The notes: generated from the sequence alone by a model not told the origin. DNA of 62,924 nucleotides, filler included, from 12 parts of 12 records of this genome joined end to end with filler, not necessarily neighbours in it; one strand, 5' to 3'. Counted from the first letter of the whole stretch, positions 46,489-59,300 are shown. A program made the numbers and translations.

Positions 46489-47213
46489 TCATGTACTTTG
46501 TGCTTCCTCCACGGCACGGCGCGCCCTATGCAAGGCAGCCTCGACTTCTGCACGCTGAGCTTCAAGGTCTGCCTGCTCTGCCATAGTGTTTGCTTGTGCA
46601 CCATCTGCAAACACGCGCGCGCGCATCACATGCACACAGATTTCGCAACATATCAGCCGAGACTGCATAGAAAAGCACACTTGATCAGCTCTGAACTACA
46701 TGCCAGCAGACAGTACACTCAAAATCTAAGCCTTACCAAGCAATGCGTACTCCACCTCGAGCTCCTGTACACGTATCCAAAGGCGCTCCATTCGAACGAG
46801 CTCTACCTCCTCTGTCTCTGTCACGTCTGCATCATTGGTAGCCACTGTGACTCCGTGGTCGGATGCAATGTTTTGCGTTCCCGGTTCAGTAGTCTCAAGT
46901 GTGCCTCCGATGTCGTCACTGCTGTCTGATGGAGCAGCCATTGACCGTAGCGCAGCCAGATTACCACCTGCTCCCTCTGGTCCCGCATCCGACTGCGTCA
47001 GTGGGCTACACTGCGGTAGTTTAGTTGTTGTCACCACTGAGAGGTCGCTCTCGTACGTAACCTGCCAAGCGCAGTAAAAGGGAAGTAGCAGTTAGCCTGA
47101 GTGTGTGTCAACAACAACTGTAGCACAATTTGATGCAACGTACCTCATCGCAGCCCTCAACAGACACAAACGAATTTAGAGGTTGTTGCTGCGGCTGCTG
47201 CTGCTGCTGCTGC
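46489..47213 (-). CDS. 3' exons of an uncharacterised low-complexity/coiled-coil protein
   Basis: polyQ exon, then exons joined by GT-AG introns ending ADLEAQRAEVEAALHRARRAVEEAQST-stop. Confidence 0.45.
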
Positions 47214-47493
47214 NNNNNNNNNNNNNNNNNNNNNNNNNNNNNNNNNNNNNNNNNNNNTTAATTAATTAANNNNNNNNNNNNNNNNNNNNNNNNNNNNNNN
47301 NNNNNNNNNNNNNAGTCTGTACTGGAAAATACTACCATTCTGCTGTACCCGTATCAACAGAGCGCGCCAGGGTGTATGTTAGTACTGAAAATCCACTGAG
47401 AAATCACTGAGTCTCAATTCACTGAATCGACCCGGAATGGGCAAACCCACGGAAAGCGCGTGAAGAGTGTGACACACTCAGCGTGTGTTTAGT

Positions 47494-50400
47494 ATGGTGG
47501 ACACGCAGTGGCCGAAGCAGGGCGAGGGGGCCTTCTCCGGCTGGCTCGACGCGCTGGACGACGAGGGGGGCTTCAGTAAGCGCTGGCTCTACCTGCAGGA
47601 GCGATGCTTGAGGTGAGTGGACACCATGGCCCCCTTAGCATGGATATGGGGACGGATTTGGTCGCCCCGCTTCGGCCGTTTGGACCGTTACGGAAGGGGT
47701 CGTTGGAGATACTGCGATGGTCTTGCCAGTGTGGCGGCGGAGCGTAGGGAGGCTGTCCGAGGGGTTTCCCATGGGGTGATTTGCGAGGCGGGCCCATTTG
47801 TATGGCTATGGGTGGACGAGGCGGATTGTGGTTCTTGTTTGCCTTCCGCAGTTAACTGTATGGGGGGAGAAGGTAGTTCGCTGTGATGGCGCATGGGCGT
47901 TCGTGGTGTGGCTGACTGGCCGGGATGTGATTTGCTGTGTTGTGTGTTTTGCGGCATCGATAGGATCTTCACCGCCCCGCCGCAAGGCATTGCGCCACCG
48001 AGATGCGCGCCACCGGTATGTCCGCCCGCCTGCCCGCCCGCCCTTCATCGAGGCTTGACCCCTTTCTTCCCGATCGCCGGGGACACCTTTGCGCCTTATC
48101 GCTGGCTGGCGCATCGGGCGCGCGCCTGTCCATAGACTTTGCTCTCTATCTTTTGGCTGGGCAGCGGGGAGTACGGCTTACTGGGTATGATAGGATAGGT
48201 TGGTGATATGGACGAGGCGTGTGTGTTTGTGCGGCTGGCAGGGGGAGGCGGCGCTGATCTACGAGATCGCGGACCTGAGGAAGGGCTTCAAGTGGGCGGC
48301 AGGGGAGGTCGCCGCCGACCCGGAGCTGCTCGACTGTAGCAAGGACTGCATGCTCCAGTTCCGCTGGCAGGACCGCGTGCATCGGTTCCGGCTTTCGCAT
48401 GCAACCCTCTGCGACAAGTGGTTCGCCGTGCTCAAGGAGGGCGTCCGCTCGCTCAAGTCGTCGGCGCTCATGCACCAGGGGCGCATCGCGATCCTCGACA
48501 ACGATGGCATCTCGAAGGAGGTGTGGGGATCGCTGACGCACACGCCGAAGCCCGGTAGCTCAGAGCTGCAGTCGACGCTCTGGTGCTACCCGACCGTGGC
48601 AGCTGGCAGCGTGGGGCTGTCCGATGTGGAGGGCCAGCCGCCCGGATCCAGCGACGCGATGTGGGGCCAACCGGCAGCGCTGCGCTCACGCGTGGTCCAG
48701 CTCGACATCCCGAGCCCAGAGGAATTGTGCAAGACCTTCGACATCGTGCCGCTCAAGCCGGAGCCCGTGGCGTCCATTCTTACCGTGGACGCTCCAATCG
48801 ACGTGGCGCTGGAAGGTACCAGGGAGGTGCAGGAAGGCTTCGATGAGGCTGGCCGCGCCCACAGCATTAATGAACCTACGGAGTTCCAGATTGCCATGCA
48901 GAGCGGGGTGACCTGGCGCTTCCGCACGCGCACACGGACGGAGCAAGAAGACTGGATGTACACGCTGCGGAACGAGCTTGCGGCCGCTAAAGAGAGCCGT
49001 GACGACCCGGTGCAGATACTGGACACGCTGCTGGCACCAATGATGGAGGAAGCACCGTTGGTCGACGAAGACGTACACTTTGTTCTCTTCACGCACGATG
49101 CACGGGCAGGGGGCAGCGGAGACGGTCCCGCTGCAAGCCTAGATGCCGAAGCCAGCCACCCGATGCCGAAGGGGATGCCTCCTATTCCGAAGCCTAGCGT
49201 GCCGAAACCGCGCGGCCCAAAACCAGGAGCGGAGGGTGCGGAGGCAGCAGCCGAAGCTGCCGATCGCTACACTGGTGTCGGCAATCAGCTCATTAAAATG
49301 GCGCGACAACTGCAGGATGAACATAAGCGCGAGGTGCCAGCGACAGAGATTGAGCTTTGGCTAAAGTCTTTGGGTATAAAGCGCTGGCAGCATTGGGGTC
49401 GTGTCTTAAACGAGAAGGAGATGGAGATGGCCGACGTGCCGTTCTTTACAGAAGAGACCCTGATCGACATTGGGATCGCTGCGCTGGGTCCACGGATACG
49501 AATGCTGAACTCGATCAAATTCATGACGAAGACCCGGACAAAAAAGAAGGATCCGATGTCTGGCAAGTTTCAACTGCAGGTGTTGTTGCCGAACACGAAC
49601 GAAATTGCGACCGTGAATCTCGGTCTGCGCGATGCTGTTGGTACTCTCAAGAAGGAGCTGCTGTTCCAGACGCAGATCCCGGAGCGCAAGGACATGCGAC
49701 AGAAAGAAGTCCGGCGGCACGAAGGCCCTCTCACGCCCCAACCTGTGGCTGACCTCGTGGCGGCGGAGCCTGGCAGCGAGGAGGATAAGATGCGGACAGC
49801 GGCTGTTGCCGAGCACACGCTGAAGCTCGTGAGCCGAATGGAGCCGTTCGCAATTCACACTGTGCTGACCGACGACCAGTTACTGCGCGAGGTGCCGTTT
49901 ATCTATTTCGCGAGTCAGCACAAAATTGTACCGAGATTAATGCTGCAGAAGAACCTGACGAACAAGATGAAGCAAGCTCTGCTCTTGCTAGTTTGTGGCA
50001 AGCTTCAGGAAGCGTCGGAACAGTATCCCACTGCCGTCGCCGACTTCGGTGACTCTCAGCAGCTTGCGGAGTTCTTGCAGATTGCTCGTGCAATTGAACA
50101 CATCGTGGATGTCCTGACCGTCGAAAACGGCAACCCTGGATTAATCCGTCGCTTCCAGTCTTTTGCAGCGATGAATCGTGTTGATGCGTGGAAATCGGCA
50201 GAAGCAACCGACGCGGCCGAAATCGCACAGGCACATGCGCGGCGCGAGGCGGAGAGGGCGTCAGCCCGCTTTGTGACACATGTCCACCTGTCAACCGACT
50301 CCGCCGTTGAAGGCATTCGTGGGCTGATCCTTCGCGAGGACTGGGTACCGAAGCCAGTAATCGTGGAGTGCACAGGTGAGACAACTGTGCTGGAGGTGAT

Positions 50401-50873
50401 GAACGAATTCCGACAGCGGTTCGACCGCGGCACGTGGGCTGAGCTGTTTGCCCAGCACGAAGGCAAGATGACACTGAAGATGCAGAAGTACGCCGATATT
50501 TTCGAGCGAGACGAACGACTTTACAACTACGATGTGGCCCGGACTGCGATTGATGAGCAGGTTCCTCTGCATGTTACGGCGATTTTTGTGCCGTTGATTG
50601 GTGCCGTGCATGCCGCGCCAGCACTGGACATGCCGCCCCTGCACCCGTCACTCCGCCTTCTCGTCAAGGAGCATGCGTGGCTGCAGCCCGAAAAGCTACC
50701 GCCTAAACCGCAACTGACAGAGCCTGAGCCCGAGCCCGAGCCGGGGCGCGAGGCTGACGCACTGGCAGCTAGCAAGGCAAAGAAGCAAAAAAGTCCGAAG
50801 AAACAAAAGAAGAAGGGCTCAAAGGAAGACAGCGCCGTCTCCTATGAGCTTGGATCGAAAGAGCATGTCGCTG
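47494..50873 (+). CDS. N-terminal part of a class I PI3K-like protein: PH-PH-Pro-rich-SAM-ABD-RBD, 3'-truncated (introns 47613-47963, 48016-48241)
   Basis: PH1 FSGWLD..FSKRWLYL...FRLSHATLCDKWFAVL. PH2 ...WRFRTRTRTEQEDWMYTL. SAM IELWLKSLG..TEETLIDIGI..LGPRIRML. ABD-like LQVLLPN..VGTLKKEL. RBD-like TTVLEV..TLKMQKYADIF..RLYNYDVARTAI. Confidence 0.62.
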
Positions 50874-51231
50874 NNNNNNNNNNNNNNNNNNNNNNNNNNN
50901 NNNNNNNNNNNNNNNNNTTAATTAATTAANNNNNNNNNNNNNNNNNNNNNNNNNNNNNNNNNNNNNNNNNNNNTTGCTGAGGCAGGGACACTAGTGTTTT
51001 TGCATAATAGTTAATACGGAAGGGCCACGACGGGCCATCCGTCTCGAGCAGGCAGCCCTTCCCCAAGGTACATGTATGCTTCAGATGACTGAGATGTTCG
51101 TTGAATTCGGGACGCCGGTCGGTCTGGAGTCAGTGTCAAGTGTGGAGTCCCTCGCGGCGCCGCGCGCCGCGCGTGCGCGCGCGTGTTCGGCGCGCGCGAT
51201 CGCGTCGTCGCTCCGGAAAGTGCTGCCGGCG

Positions 51232-53466
51232 ATGGCATGGTGGGTGCGGCCGATGTTGCAGCAGCTGGCGCTGGTAGCGCTGCTGCTGCTACATGTAGGC
51301 CCTCAGTGGGCGACGGCAGAGAGCGTGGGGGCGCCGGCGGAGAGCTTCGGCTTCCTCAAGGGCAGCGTGTGGCACTGGAACAGATGGCGGCACGTCGTCT
51401 TCGGTGATGATGGTGTGTTCAACGCTCCGGACACAGCGTGTGGCAACTCCAGTTGTTCCTGGTCTGTAGATGTCGAGGGCAGTGTGCACGTGGACTGGGG
51501 TGAGCAAGGACGGCACACGCTGCGACCAACTTCGTTGCATGCTGCGGAGGGTACAGAGCTTCACGGGTCGCGGCTGCGTGATGGCGACGCGGTTGCGGCC
51601 ACATGGGTCAAGCCACTGCGTGGCGTGGCGCCAGGGCACCTCGAACGATTCTACGATCTAGAGTCCGGAGATGCCAGCTTTCTCCTCCCGCCAGCACACT
51701 GCGGCGGCGTCACAGCAGCAATGGTAAATGACGACTACTGCGACTGCGGATATGACGAACCACAGACCGCCGCATGCTCCGTAAGCGACATCCGAGGTCC
51801 AGTTGAAAACACAGCGGCTGCCCTTGAGTCAAGCCGTACCTTTTGGTGTGTGAATGCTGGGTGGCGCGGAGCTCCACTGTTAGTATCTCGCATCGGTGAT
51901 GGCATATGCGACTGCTGCGACGGCAGCGACGAACTGGCTGGCACATGCGAGCCTACGTGCGCGCACGAAGCCGCACAGGAGAATATCGGGATCAAGCAAA
52001 AGCTGCGGGAAGTGACGTCGGCGCTTGAGGCAAAATACGAGGGCGCCGAGCACGGAAAAGAGGAACATGCGAAGTGGGTGATTGACCTACCACGGCTGAA
52101 ATCTGAGCTTGACGCCCTACTACCAACCTTCGGCGACCTAGAGGCGGCACATGCGTCGCTATTGAAGAACGAGGCTGCTCAAAACAAAGCGGAGGCGGCC
52201 TATGCAGCAACAGGAGGTGCATCTACTGAAGTCGAACAAGACAGCGCAACAAACGTAGTGGTCCCGCCCCAAGAGTGCGACTGGGATGGCCAGCTTGTAA
52301 AGGAGCCGGGTGCGGCCATTTTCGCAGACTACCAGGACCTCGGCGTCTGGATGGAGGCTGTCGTGCTGCATCTGGATCGGGTTGAGAACGAACAACAGTT
52401 CAGTGTCGTCTACACCGAAGACAGCGAAGTGGAGAATGGTATCGAGTCTGCACGGGTACGACCTCGTGCACCTAGGTGTAAGGGGCTTGAGATCGATGGC
52501 TCTGAGGAAATTGTTGGTGTCAATGCGACGTGTGGCCAGACCAGCAGACCGACGTGCCGACCGGGTTATGCTGGCGGTTCCCAGCTGTATGTCTGCCGTG
52601 GAGATGCAAAATGGCACCCGGTTGACGAGGCAGCTCCGCTGCAGTGCGAACTGCTTCCGCCGCGTGCTCCAACGGTACAGTCGGTCGTCATAGACGATCA
52701 ATCTCTTCAAATTTCGTTCGATTGGGCCATGGAAAACAACGCAACTTACGACGTGGCAGCCACGTCGGAAAACGACGAGACTGTGCTGGTGACCACCCGG
52801 GAAGGTGCCGAGCATGCACCGTTTGCTGTGTCCCAAGCAAAGAACATTGCCCGGGTCAATGTATCGGCGCTTAAGAATGGCTTGAATTACACGATCTTGG
52901 TGGCAGCTGTCAACGCTGCAGGGCGCTCAGAAGCTACAGCAAGCCAAAGATTCTCGCCGTCGCCCTTGAAAGTTGAGTTCGCCAACGCCATCAGTACTCG
53001 TTCGTCCACCACAAAAGCGATCGCATCGATTGAGAAGAAACTCGCGTTGGTCACGGCTGGCGATCTCGGAAAAGAGTTCGAATACGCGTCGTTGCTCAAC
53101 AAGTGCGTGTCAGGCAAAGGCAAGAGCGGAAGTCACACATTCAAGGTCTGTGGTTTCGCTACAGTAGACCAGAAGGACGACAGCGGGAAATGGATTCGAG
53201 TTGGTCGGTGGAATGGATGGCAGCATCAACCAGATCAATCGCATCGAGGAACAATGTTGTACACAGGTGGTGCACGCTGTGGGACAGACAAACAGCCACG
53301 TTCAGCGTCCGTTGAGCTGGTTTGTGCTCCGAAACTTACCATTGTCGAGGCAAAGGAGCCAACCAGCTGTGCCTATGCCATTGTTCTTGGTTCGCCAGCG
53401 GCATGCGTATCGACAGACATGCCAATCTTGTGGCCCGAGAAAAGCTTCAGCCATGATGAACTTTGA
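51232..53466 (+). CDS. Glucosidase II beta subunit (PRKCSH)-like ER protein with extra Tudor-like, sushi-like and FN3 domains
   Basis: Signal peptide. VNDDYCDC..DEP.TAACS and SRIGDGICDCCDGSDE. MRH domain YTGGARC...RSASVELVC..EPTSCAY..SPAAC. C-terminal HDEL. FN3 LKNGLNYTILVAAVNAAGRS. Confidence 0.85.
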   Translation: MAWWVRPMLQQLALVALLLLHVGPQWATAESVGAPAESFGFLKGSVWHWNRWRHVVFGDDGVFNAPDTACGNSSCSWSVDVEGSVHVDWGEQGRHTLRPTSLHAAEGTELHGSRLRDGDAVAATWVKPLRGVAPGHLERFYDLESGDASFLLPPAHCGGVTAAMVNDDYCDCGYDEPQTAACSVSDIRGPVENTAAALESSRTFWCVNAGWRGAPLLVSRIGDGICDCCDGSDELAGTCEPTCAHEAAQENIGIKQKLREVTSALEAKYEGAEHGKEEHAKWVIDLPRLKSELDALLPTFGDLEAAHASLLKNEAAQNKAEAAYAATGGASTEVEQDSATNVVVPPQECDWDGQLVKEPGAAIFADYQDLGVWMEAVVLHLDRVENEQQFSVVYTEDSEVENGIESARVRPRAPRCKGLEIDGSEEIVGVNATCGQTSRPTCRPGYAGGSQLYVCRGDAKWHPVDEAAPLQCELLPPRAPTVQSVVIDDQSLQISFDWAMENNATYDVAATSENDETVLVTTREGAEHAPFAVSQAKNIARVNVSALKNGLNYTILVAAVNAAGRSEATASQRFSPSPLKVEFANAISTRSSTTKAIASIEKKLALVTAGDLGKEFEYASLLNKCVSGKGKSGSHTFKVCGFATVDQKDDSGKWIRVGRWNGWQHQPDQSHRGTMLYTGGARCGTDKQPRSASVELVCAPKLTIVEAKEPTSCAYAIVLGSPAACVSTDMPILWPEKSFSHDEL

Positions 53467-53601
53467 GTGATGTCGCTGGCAAAGCGCAAGCTTATCAAGG
53501 TGCACGCGCCAGACGCGAGCATAGAAGGGTGGTCAAACACGCAATGTACTGTTTGGGAGCAGCAGAATCTCCTTTTCATTTGCTGCATACTACGCCGTTA
53601 G

Positions 53602-54832
53602 CTAGGTGATTGCCAATAGCTCAATCCTGAACACAAGCGTAGATTGCGGAGGAATCTTGGGTCGATCGTCGTTACCGTAGCCCAAATGCGGTGGGATCGT
53701 TAGCGTGCGTTTTTCACCAACGCACATGCCGACTACGCCTTGATCCCATCCTGGGATGACTTGTTTAGCTCCAACCCGGAAAGTGAACGTCTTGTTGCGT
53801 GTGTGGCTGTTCGCAAACTCGAACTCGCTTCCGTCAAGAGTACCTATATAGTGCACTGTCAGCTTGTCGCCGTGTTTCGCTTTCGTTGCTTCGGTACACC
53901 CGATGTCTTTCGTGATCTGCATCCCCACACCTTTCCTGCCAACAAACATCTCAAGGAATGCAGCCACTGGGTTGAAAGTCAAGTCGGGCCTTGGAGGTTC
54001 TCGGACTGCCTCATCCACATCTTCTGCTGGCGGACGTAGACAAGCTGCATTCGGGTCTGGTGGGGTCTTGTCCCGACACGCGAAAGGAGCGGTTCGCGAC
54101 CCGTGTTCGTCCTTACTTGTGACACGATCCCAGACGCCGCGTCCACATATGAAGAGCTCCTCTGTGTCGTCTGCCCTACCATCGACGCGAACGTAGCCAC
54201 TTTTACAGTGCGCAGTGCACACCATACCACATGTAATATTTTCCAGCGCATGCCGTTTTGCGCCCCACGGATGTGGACAATCCTGGCACAGCGTCGGCTC
54301 ACTACGCTTAATGAACTGCAGCGTCGGTCCGCAAACCCAACGTATACGCCACGGTAGCAATAGACAGCGAGTGGACGGGCGGAGCTTCTTGCAGGAGAGA
54401 GCGCACCATTTCCACATTCGCCCCAACCAGGAAGCGATATTTAGGGTTACCAATGAAGGTCCGGTCGCATCGCTGGGGCGCTACCTGTAGTCGACTGTGT
54501 GGTACCTTTTTCTCGAACTTAATGCCGGTGTCAATGCCATCGTATTTGATGCGGTAAACCTCGTCCTCAGGATTTTTTGCCCTTTGCCCTGCAAAACCGA
54601 TGGAGGCAATTTCGCCATGAAGCCAGAGGGTTACGGCTAGCCCTGCGCGGCGCTCGACCATCACCTGATCGCCGGGCTCGTACATGTCCTTCCGGACGAC
54701 CCTGTCAGGCTCGCAGCGCTGCGCTGCTACAGCTGCTTCTACAGCGTCGTCCAAATTGCTCGCCCATCCGCAGCTGGTGGGCAACTCAGCGCACAATGCT
54801 GCAACAGCGGCCGTATACAGGCGCCAGTTCAT
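53602..54832 (-). CDS. Secretory-pathway FKBP-type peptidyl-prolyl isomerase with N-terminal Tudor-like and sushi-like domains; intron 54406-54316
   Basis: Signal peptide MNWRLYTAAVAALCAE. FKBP motifs GDKLTVHYIGTL, QVIPGWDQGVVGMCVGEKRTLTIPPHLGYG and IPPQSTLVFRIELL. The two listed ORFs join in phase 0. Confidence 0.85.
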
Positions 54833-55084
54833 CGCACGTGCGCAGCTGCGCGGATCCACACCGTCTAAGGCTCTATATGTAGCTATGTAACTGGATCGGG
54901 TCTATAGCTAGAGGCGATCCTCAGCGTGGTCTCGGACTACTAGTACTTTTGTCGTATCGCACACGATTGCGTCGCTCAGCGACCACAGTGACCGTCGTCG
55001 CAACTGTGCCTTCTGCCGGCGCTACATGCGTGCATGGTGGGTTGGCCGGTTGGTGGATTGGCGATCCATGTAACACGTGCATTT

Positions 55085-55309
55085 CAAGTACCTGTACAGG
55101 CTGCAGCTGTACTAGTACTACCGTACTGGAATAGTAGTACAGTACCCGCTCAGGTACTATTTTTTAAAAATAGTAGTGTTAGTACTGCTGGTACTACTAC
55201 TAGTACGAGTAGTATGCGCGATGTAGTACTATCATAGTGCTAGATCTAGTAGTACGGTACAGTAGTACCGGATGGTACAATGAATAAACAAGCGCCGGAG
55301 TTTATTTAA
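55085..55309. repeat. GTAC/CTAG/AGTACT-rich low-complexity tract ending in AAGCGCCGG at the contig break
   Basis: More than 15 GTAC/CTAG tetramers, TAGATCTAGTA shared with the tract at 14590, and terminal CAAGCGCCGG. Confidence 0.6.
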
Positions 55310-55410
55310 NNNNNNNNNNNNNNNNNNNNNNNNNNNNNNNNNNNNNNNNNNNNTTAATTAATTAANNNNNNNNNNNNNNNNNNNNNNNNNNNNNNNNNNN
55401 NNNNNNNNNG

Positions 55411-56184
55411 CCCAGCCGCAGCGCGCGCGTCACCTCGCCGGGAGCTGCAGACCACACGGACATGATTGCGAGCTGGTGGGAAGGACACCGTGCTCTCGCG
55501 AACGAGCTGTGGGGCCCGGGAAACGGCACGGATCCCTCGGACCGAGCACTGGGCCCCGCACACCTCGGCCTGTACGGAGTGCTGCGGCGAACGGCGGTGC
55601 GGGCGCACGTCAAACTCAGCTCGGCTGTGGTCGGCTCGCTCAATCCAGGAGCGGTGATCGAGGTGCTTGAGGCGCGCGTGTTGATGCGGGGGGGGCACAA
55701 GGGGTCGGGGCAGGAGAACCCGCGAGTCCACGTGCGGTTGCGCTCGCGGTACGGAAAGTCGTCGATGGCGATCTGTGGATGGGCCCCTGTAGCAACGCCC
55801 GGCGGCCATAGGCTGCTCGAGAAGCTGTCGGACGGAGGACAAGACGCAGCGGCCACGACAGTGACAGTAAAGAAGTCGAAGAAGAAGCAAAAGAAGAAGA
55901 AGGCGAAAAACAAGAGAGTCGTAGTCTCCACTCCTACTCACCCGGGTGTGGTCAGCAGCGCCAGCGATGGTAGCCTCAGTGGGGTTGTTGCGCAACATGC
56001 CGAGGCGTTGCTGTCCAGCCACTTAAGTCATACCGTGGGCGCTGATCACGACTCGGATGAGAGTGGCCACAGTGGCAATGTCACCACCCACGATGATTTA
56101 GCTGGTGGGAGCAAGCAAAATGCGCCTAGCCGACGAGCGCAGGGCAATGCTAGCGCGAGTCGGCCTGCGTGGGTTGGACTGTGA
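55411..56184 (+). CDS. 3' end of a protein with an SH3b-like domain and Lys-rich tail
   Basis: YGVLRRTAVRAHVKLSSAVVGSLNPGAVIEVLE...GWAPV..LLEKL. Frame open from the contig start. Confidence 0.55.
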   Translation, partial: PSRSARVTSPGAADHTDMIASWWEGHRALANELWGPGNGTDPSDRALGPAHLGLYGVLRRTAVRAHVKLSSAVVGSLNPGAVIEVLEARVLMRGGHKGSGQENPRVHVRLRSRYGKSSMAICGWAPVATPGGHRLLEKLSDGGQDAAATTVTVKKSKKKQKKKKAKNKRVVVSTPTHPGVVSSASDGSLSGVVAQHAEALLSSHLSHTVGADHDSDESGHSGNVTTHDDLAGGSKQNAPSRRAQGNASASRPAWVGL

Positions 56185-56325
56185 TGCGAGACGAATGGAA
56201 ATTCTGCCTCCTCTTCATTGAGGGGATGATGATCAGACATGACTTCATTATATTATAATGCATTAGCTACAATATCGCAGGTGCAGTGGTTCGGGTACGC
56301 AGATTAAGGCGCCCACCCTCGCCCG

Positions 56326-59300
56326 TTACGAGGCAGGCTCCGCAGCCGACCCTCCCTCATTCTTCACCTCAGGCTCATCCTCATCGCCTGTGTCGTACTG
56401 GATCTTTCGCTTCGCCAGACTCGTCATGCGGAACGTCAGCGCCACCCGCGCTGTCTCCTTCAAATCTGGGTTTTGCTGAACCTTTGCCCAGGATCTGATC
56501 GTGCCGATCAGCAGCTTCGCATTCATATCTGCCTGCGCCTGCTTCTCGCTCTCTATCTGCTCCTCGATCGACAGCGCCAGGTGGCCGCCTGCCTTGATGA
56601 TCATCAGGACCTTGAGCAGCTGCTTGACTGTGTAACCAAGTTGCTGCTCCTCGTAGGTCATGCTGTACTGCGCCTCCAACACGTGCAGAACCTCTGCATA
56701 CTCTTTAGCGCCGAAGGGCTGATCGACAAAATCGTCTGGCAGCGCGGACAAGAACGGCCTCATTCGAGACGTTGGCATCCGCCCAACAGCCTCGCCGGTG
56801 CCTGTCTGTGTCTGGAAAGTCCATTCGTCCATGAAGGCCTGAACATCCTCGTTCGTCAGCTGTAATTTCTCCGCATTCTTGATATTCTCGTGGTTCTCCA
56901 TGATAACACCGATGACCATGTTTAGCAACAGCCAGCTTGCGAGCAAGTAGAAGCTAGCGATAAAAGGGAACGCGTACGAGCTACCGCAGTTTCCGTGCTC
57001 GGCCACCAATAGCTCCTTTCGGATCTCCTCCTGCCATTCGCTCGGAGCGCCCAGCGCCGCGAACTCCTCGGTACTAAGCCCCGCCGCAAAATAGTCGCCG
57101 ATCGTCTGATACTTGTCCGTCTTCAGCACCGACTCCAGCTGCCTGTCGGCCCAGTCCTGGTGGATGAGCCAGTCACCCACGTCCATGGTTGGGTCAATGG
57201 AGCCCGCAGCGACACAGTACGGCGGTGACAGGCGAAGCTCAGGCACAATGAACAGGAAATCCTCGCCAGATGCAACCTGGAAGAGCAACATTACGGCGCT
57301 CCCGAAGGACTTGAAATTACCACGATTGTCGTAGTTTCCAAATCCGCATTGGATGTTGTCGGCCTCGCCAAGCAGTCCTCGCTCGTTATCCGGGCAGAAA
57401 GCTCTGACACCACGGCCATCTGGCATGGTGTCAAAACCCGGGATGGTCTTCAAGTGCCCGAAGAGATACATCCCGAGGCATGCGTAGATGAAGAACACCA
57501 GCATCAAAAGCATCAGCACATTACACGCCGCGGGTATGCTGATGAAAAAGAGCTGGAAGATCTGCTGCAAACCCTTGGCGCGTTTCACTAGCAGTACAAT
57601 GCGCCCACACCTTAAACACTTCGCTATCTGGCCAAGCATTGGACTGCCGTGGCCAATTGCAGCCATCAGCATGAAAAAGTATGACGACAATACCACGAAG
57701 CAGTCTATCTTGTTCCAGTGGTCGGTAATGTAGCCTAACGGCCCAAGGCCGATGACCTTGGCCGCCATCTCTAACGTGAAGACTGCCAGGCAGAGGTAGT
57801 TGAGTACTTCCAGCGTGGTACTCCACCCATCCGGCTCCGGGAAATAGTTGGCACTCATAACAATCACGTTGAATAAGATCGTGCCGGTGATTATCTGATC
57901 GAACCACGGCTTTTTAATCAGCTCGAACGCTTTCATCCTGATTCCACCTTCCTGAGAAGGGGCCGCTACCTCCTCCACACCGATTTTGTCTACCGACTTC
58001 ACAACTGACTTCATCAAAGCCCACTTCTGCTGCGCTTCTGTCTGGAGGCTCGTGCCACTCGAGACGCCGAAAAGATAGATCAAGACCCCAACGAAGAGAT
58101 TGACCAGCGCGAAAGAGCAGATAAAGAGGAAGATGATGAAGTAAACTGCAGCGTATGGATTCGCGTTGCGCTGCGGCTGTATGTCGATCCCTATCGTGTC
58201 CATGGCAAGATACAAACACTCGCTCCAGCCGGCGCATGTGCCGACCAAGAAAAGAGTCTGCAGCGCCGAGCCAATGTCGTCGAAAGAGAATCCCCAGTCC
58301 CCTTGGCCGCCGGAGTAAGCGATGCGCCACCGCGGCTCGCCCATGTAGACGCACTTCTGCCCATCGTTCGGGTACGAATGCACGCCTGGACACTCGGCCT
58401 CGTAGGTGTACGATCCAACACAGTCATACCGACCGTAGACTTCGACGTTGTCGCATTTGTTGAACTTCCCTCCGAACAGGTTCACACCGAGAATTGCGAA
58501 CATCACGTAAAAGACCGCCCCGAGCAAACCAACACCAAGCAGCCCTCCTGCGCTAGCCACCAGTGCCTCGATGATGTGGCGCATGCCTTCGATTCTATTC
58601 AGCAGACGAAGCGGTCGGAGCAGACGGAACAGACGGAAAATTTGGGCGGCCTCAGCCATGGCTGGACTGCCGCTGAAGATGTGAGCCAGCAAGGCCGTGA
58701 AGATGATGATGAAGTCCATTTTGTTCCAGTGGCTTGCCATGTAGGCCTCCTGGGTCAGTAGGAAACCCATGTCGATACTCTTCATCAAAAACTCCCCCCA
58801 AAAGATTACGAGCAGCAGCAAGTCAATCCCCTCGAAAATTTCCATCGTTTCCCGTGGGATGGTACCCGGAGGCCCTTCGTAGGCGATCATGCACGAGTTG
58901 GCAATGATCAAGAACATGATGAAGTACTCGAAAGGTGCCGCCTTCGATACAGCCGCGCAGCACTTGCGGACCGGATTGTCTGGAGCGAAGCAGAAGAACG
59001 CCTTCCCGCGCGGCCCCACATCCTCGTCAATTTTCTCCAGCATGTCCTTCATGCCAAGGTAGTTAACTGCGACTCGGCGGAAACCATTTGATACTTCTTC
59101 CTCAGTGTTCTGTTTCTTGTACTTCTGCTTTTGCTTTTTGATCATCTCGTCCTCGCCCAAGCTGAAGTTTTCGACAACCACGGCCACGAACAGGTTCAGC
59201 AGGACGCAGTTGCAAAGCGTCCAGAGTCCAATGAAGAACACGCAGGCACCTGAGCCGTAGGTTTGCATGTAGGTGTACATCGTGACTTTCCATCGGTCCC

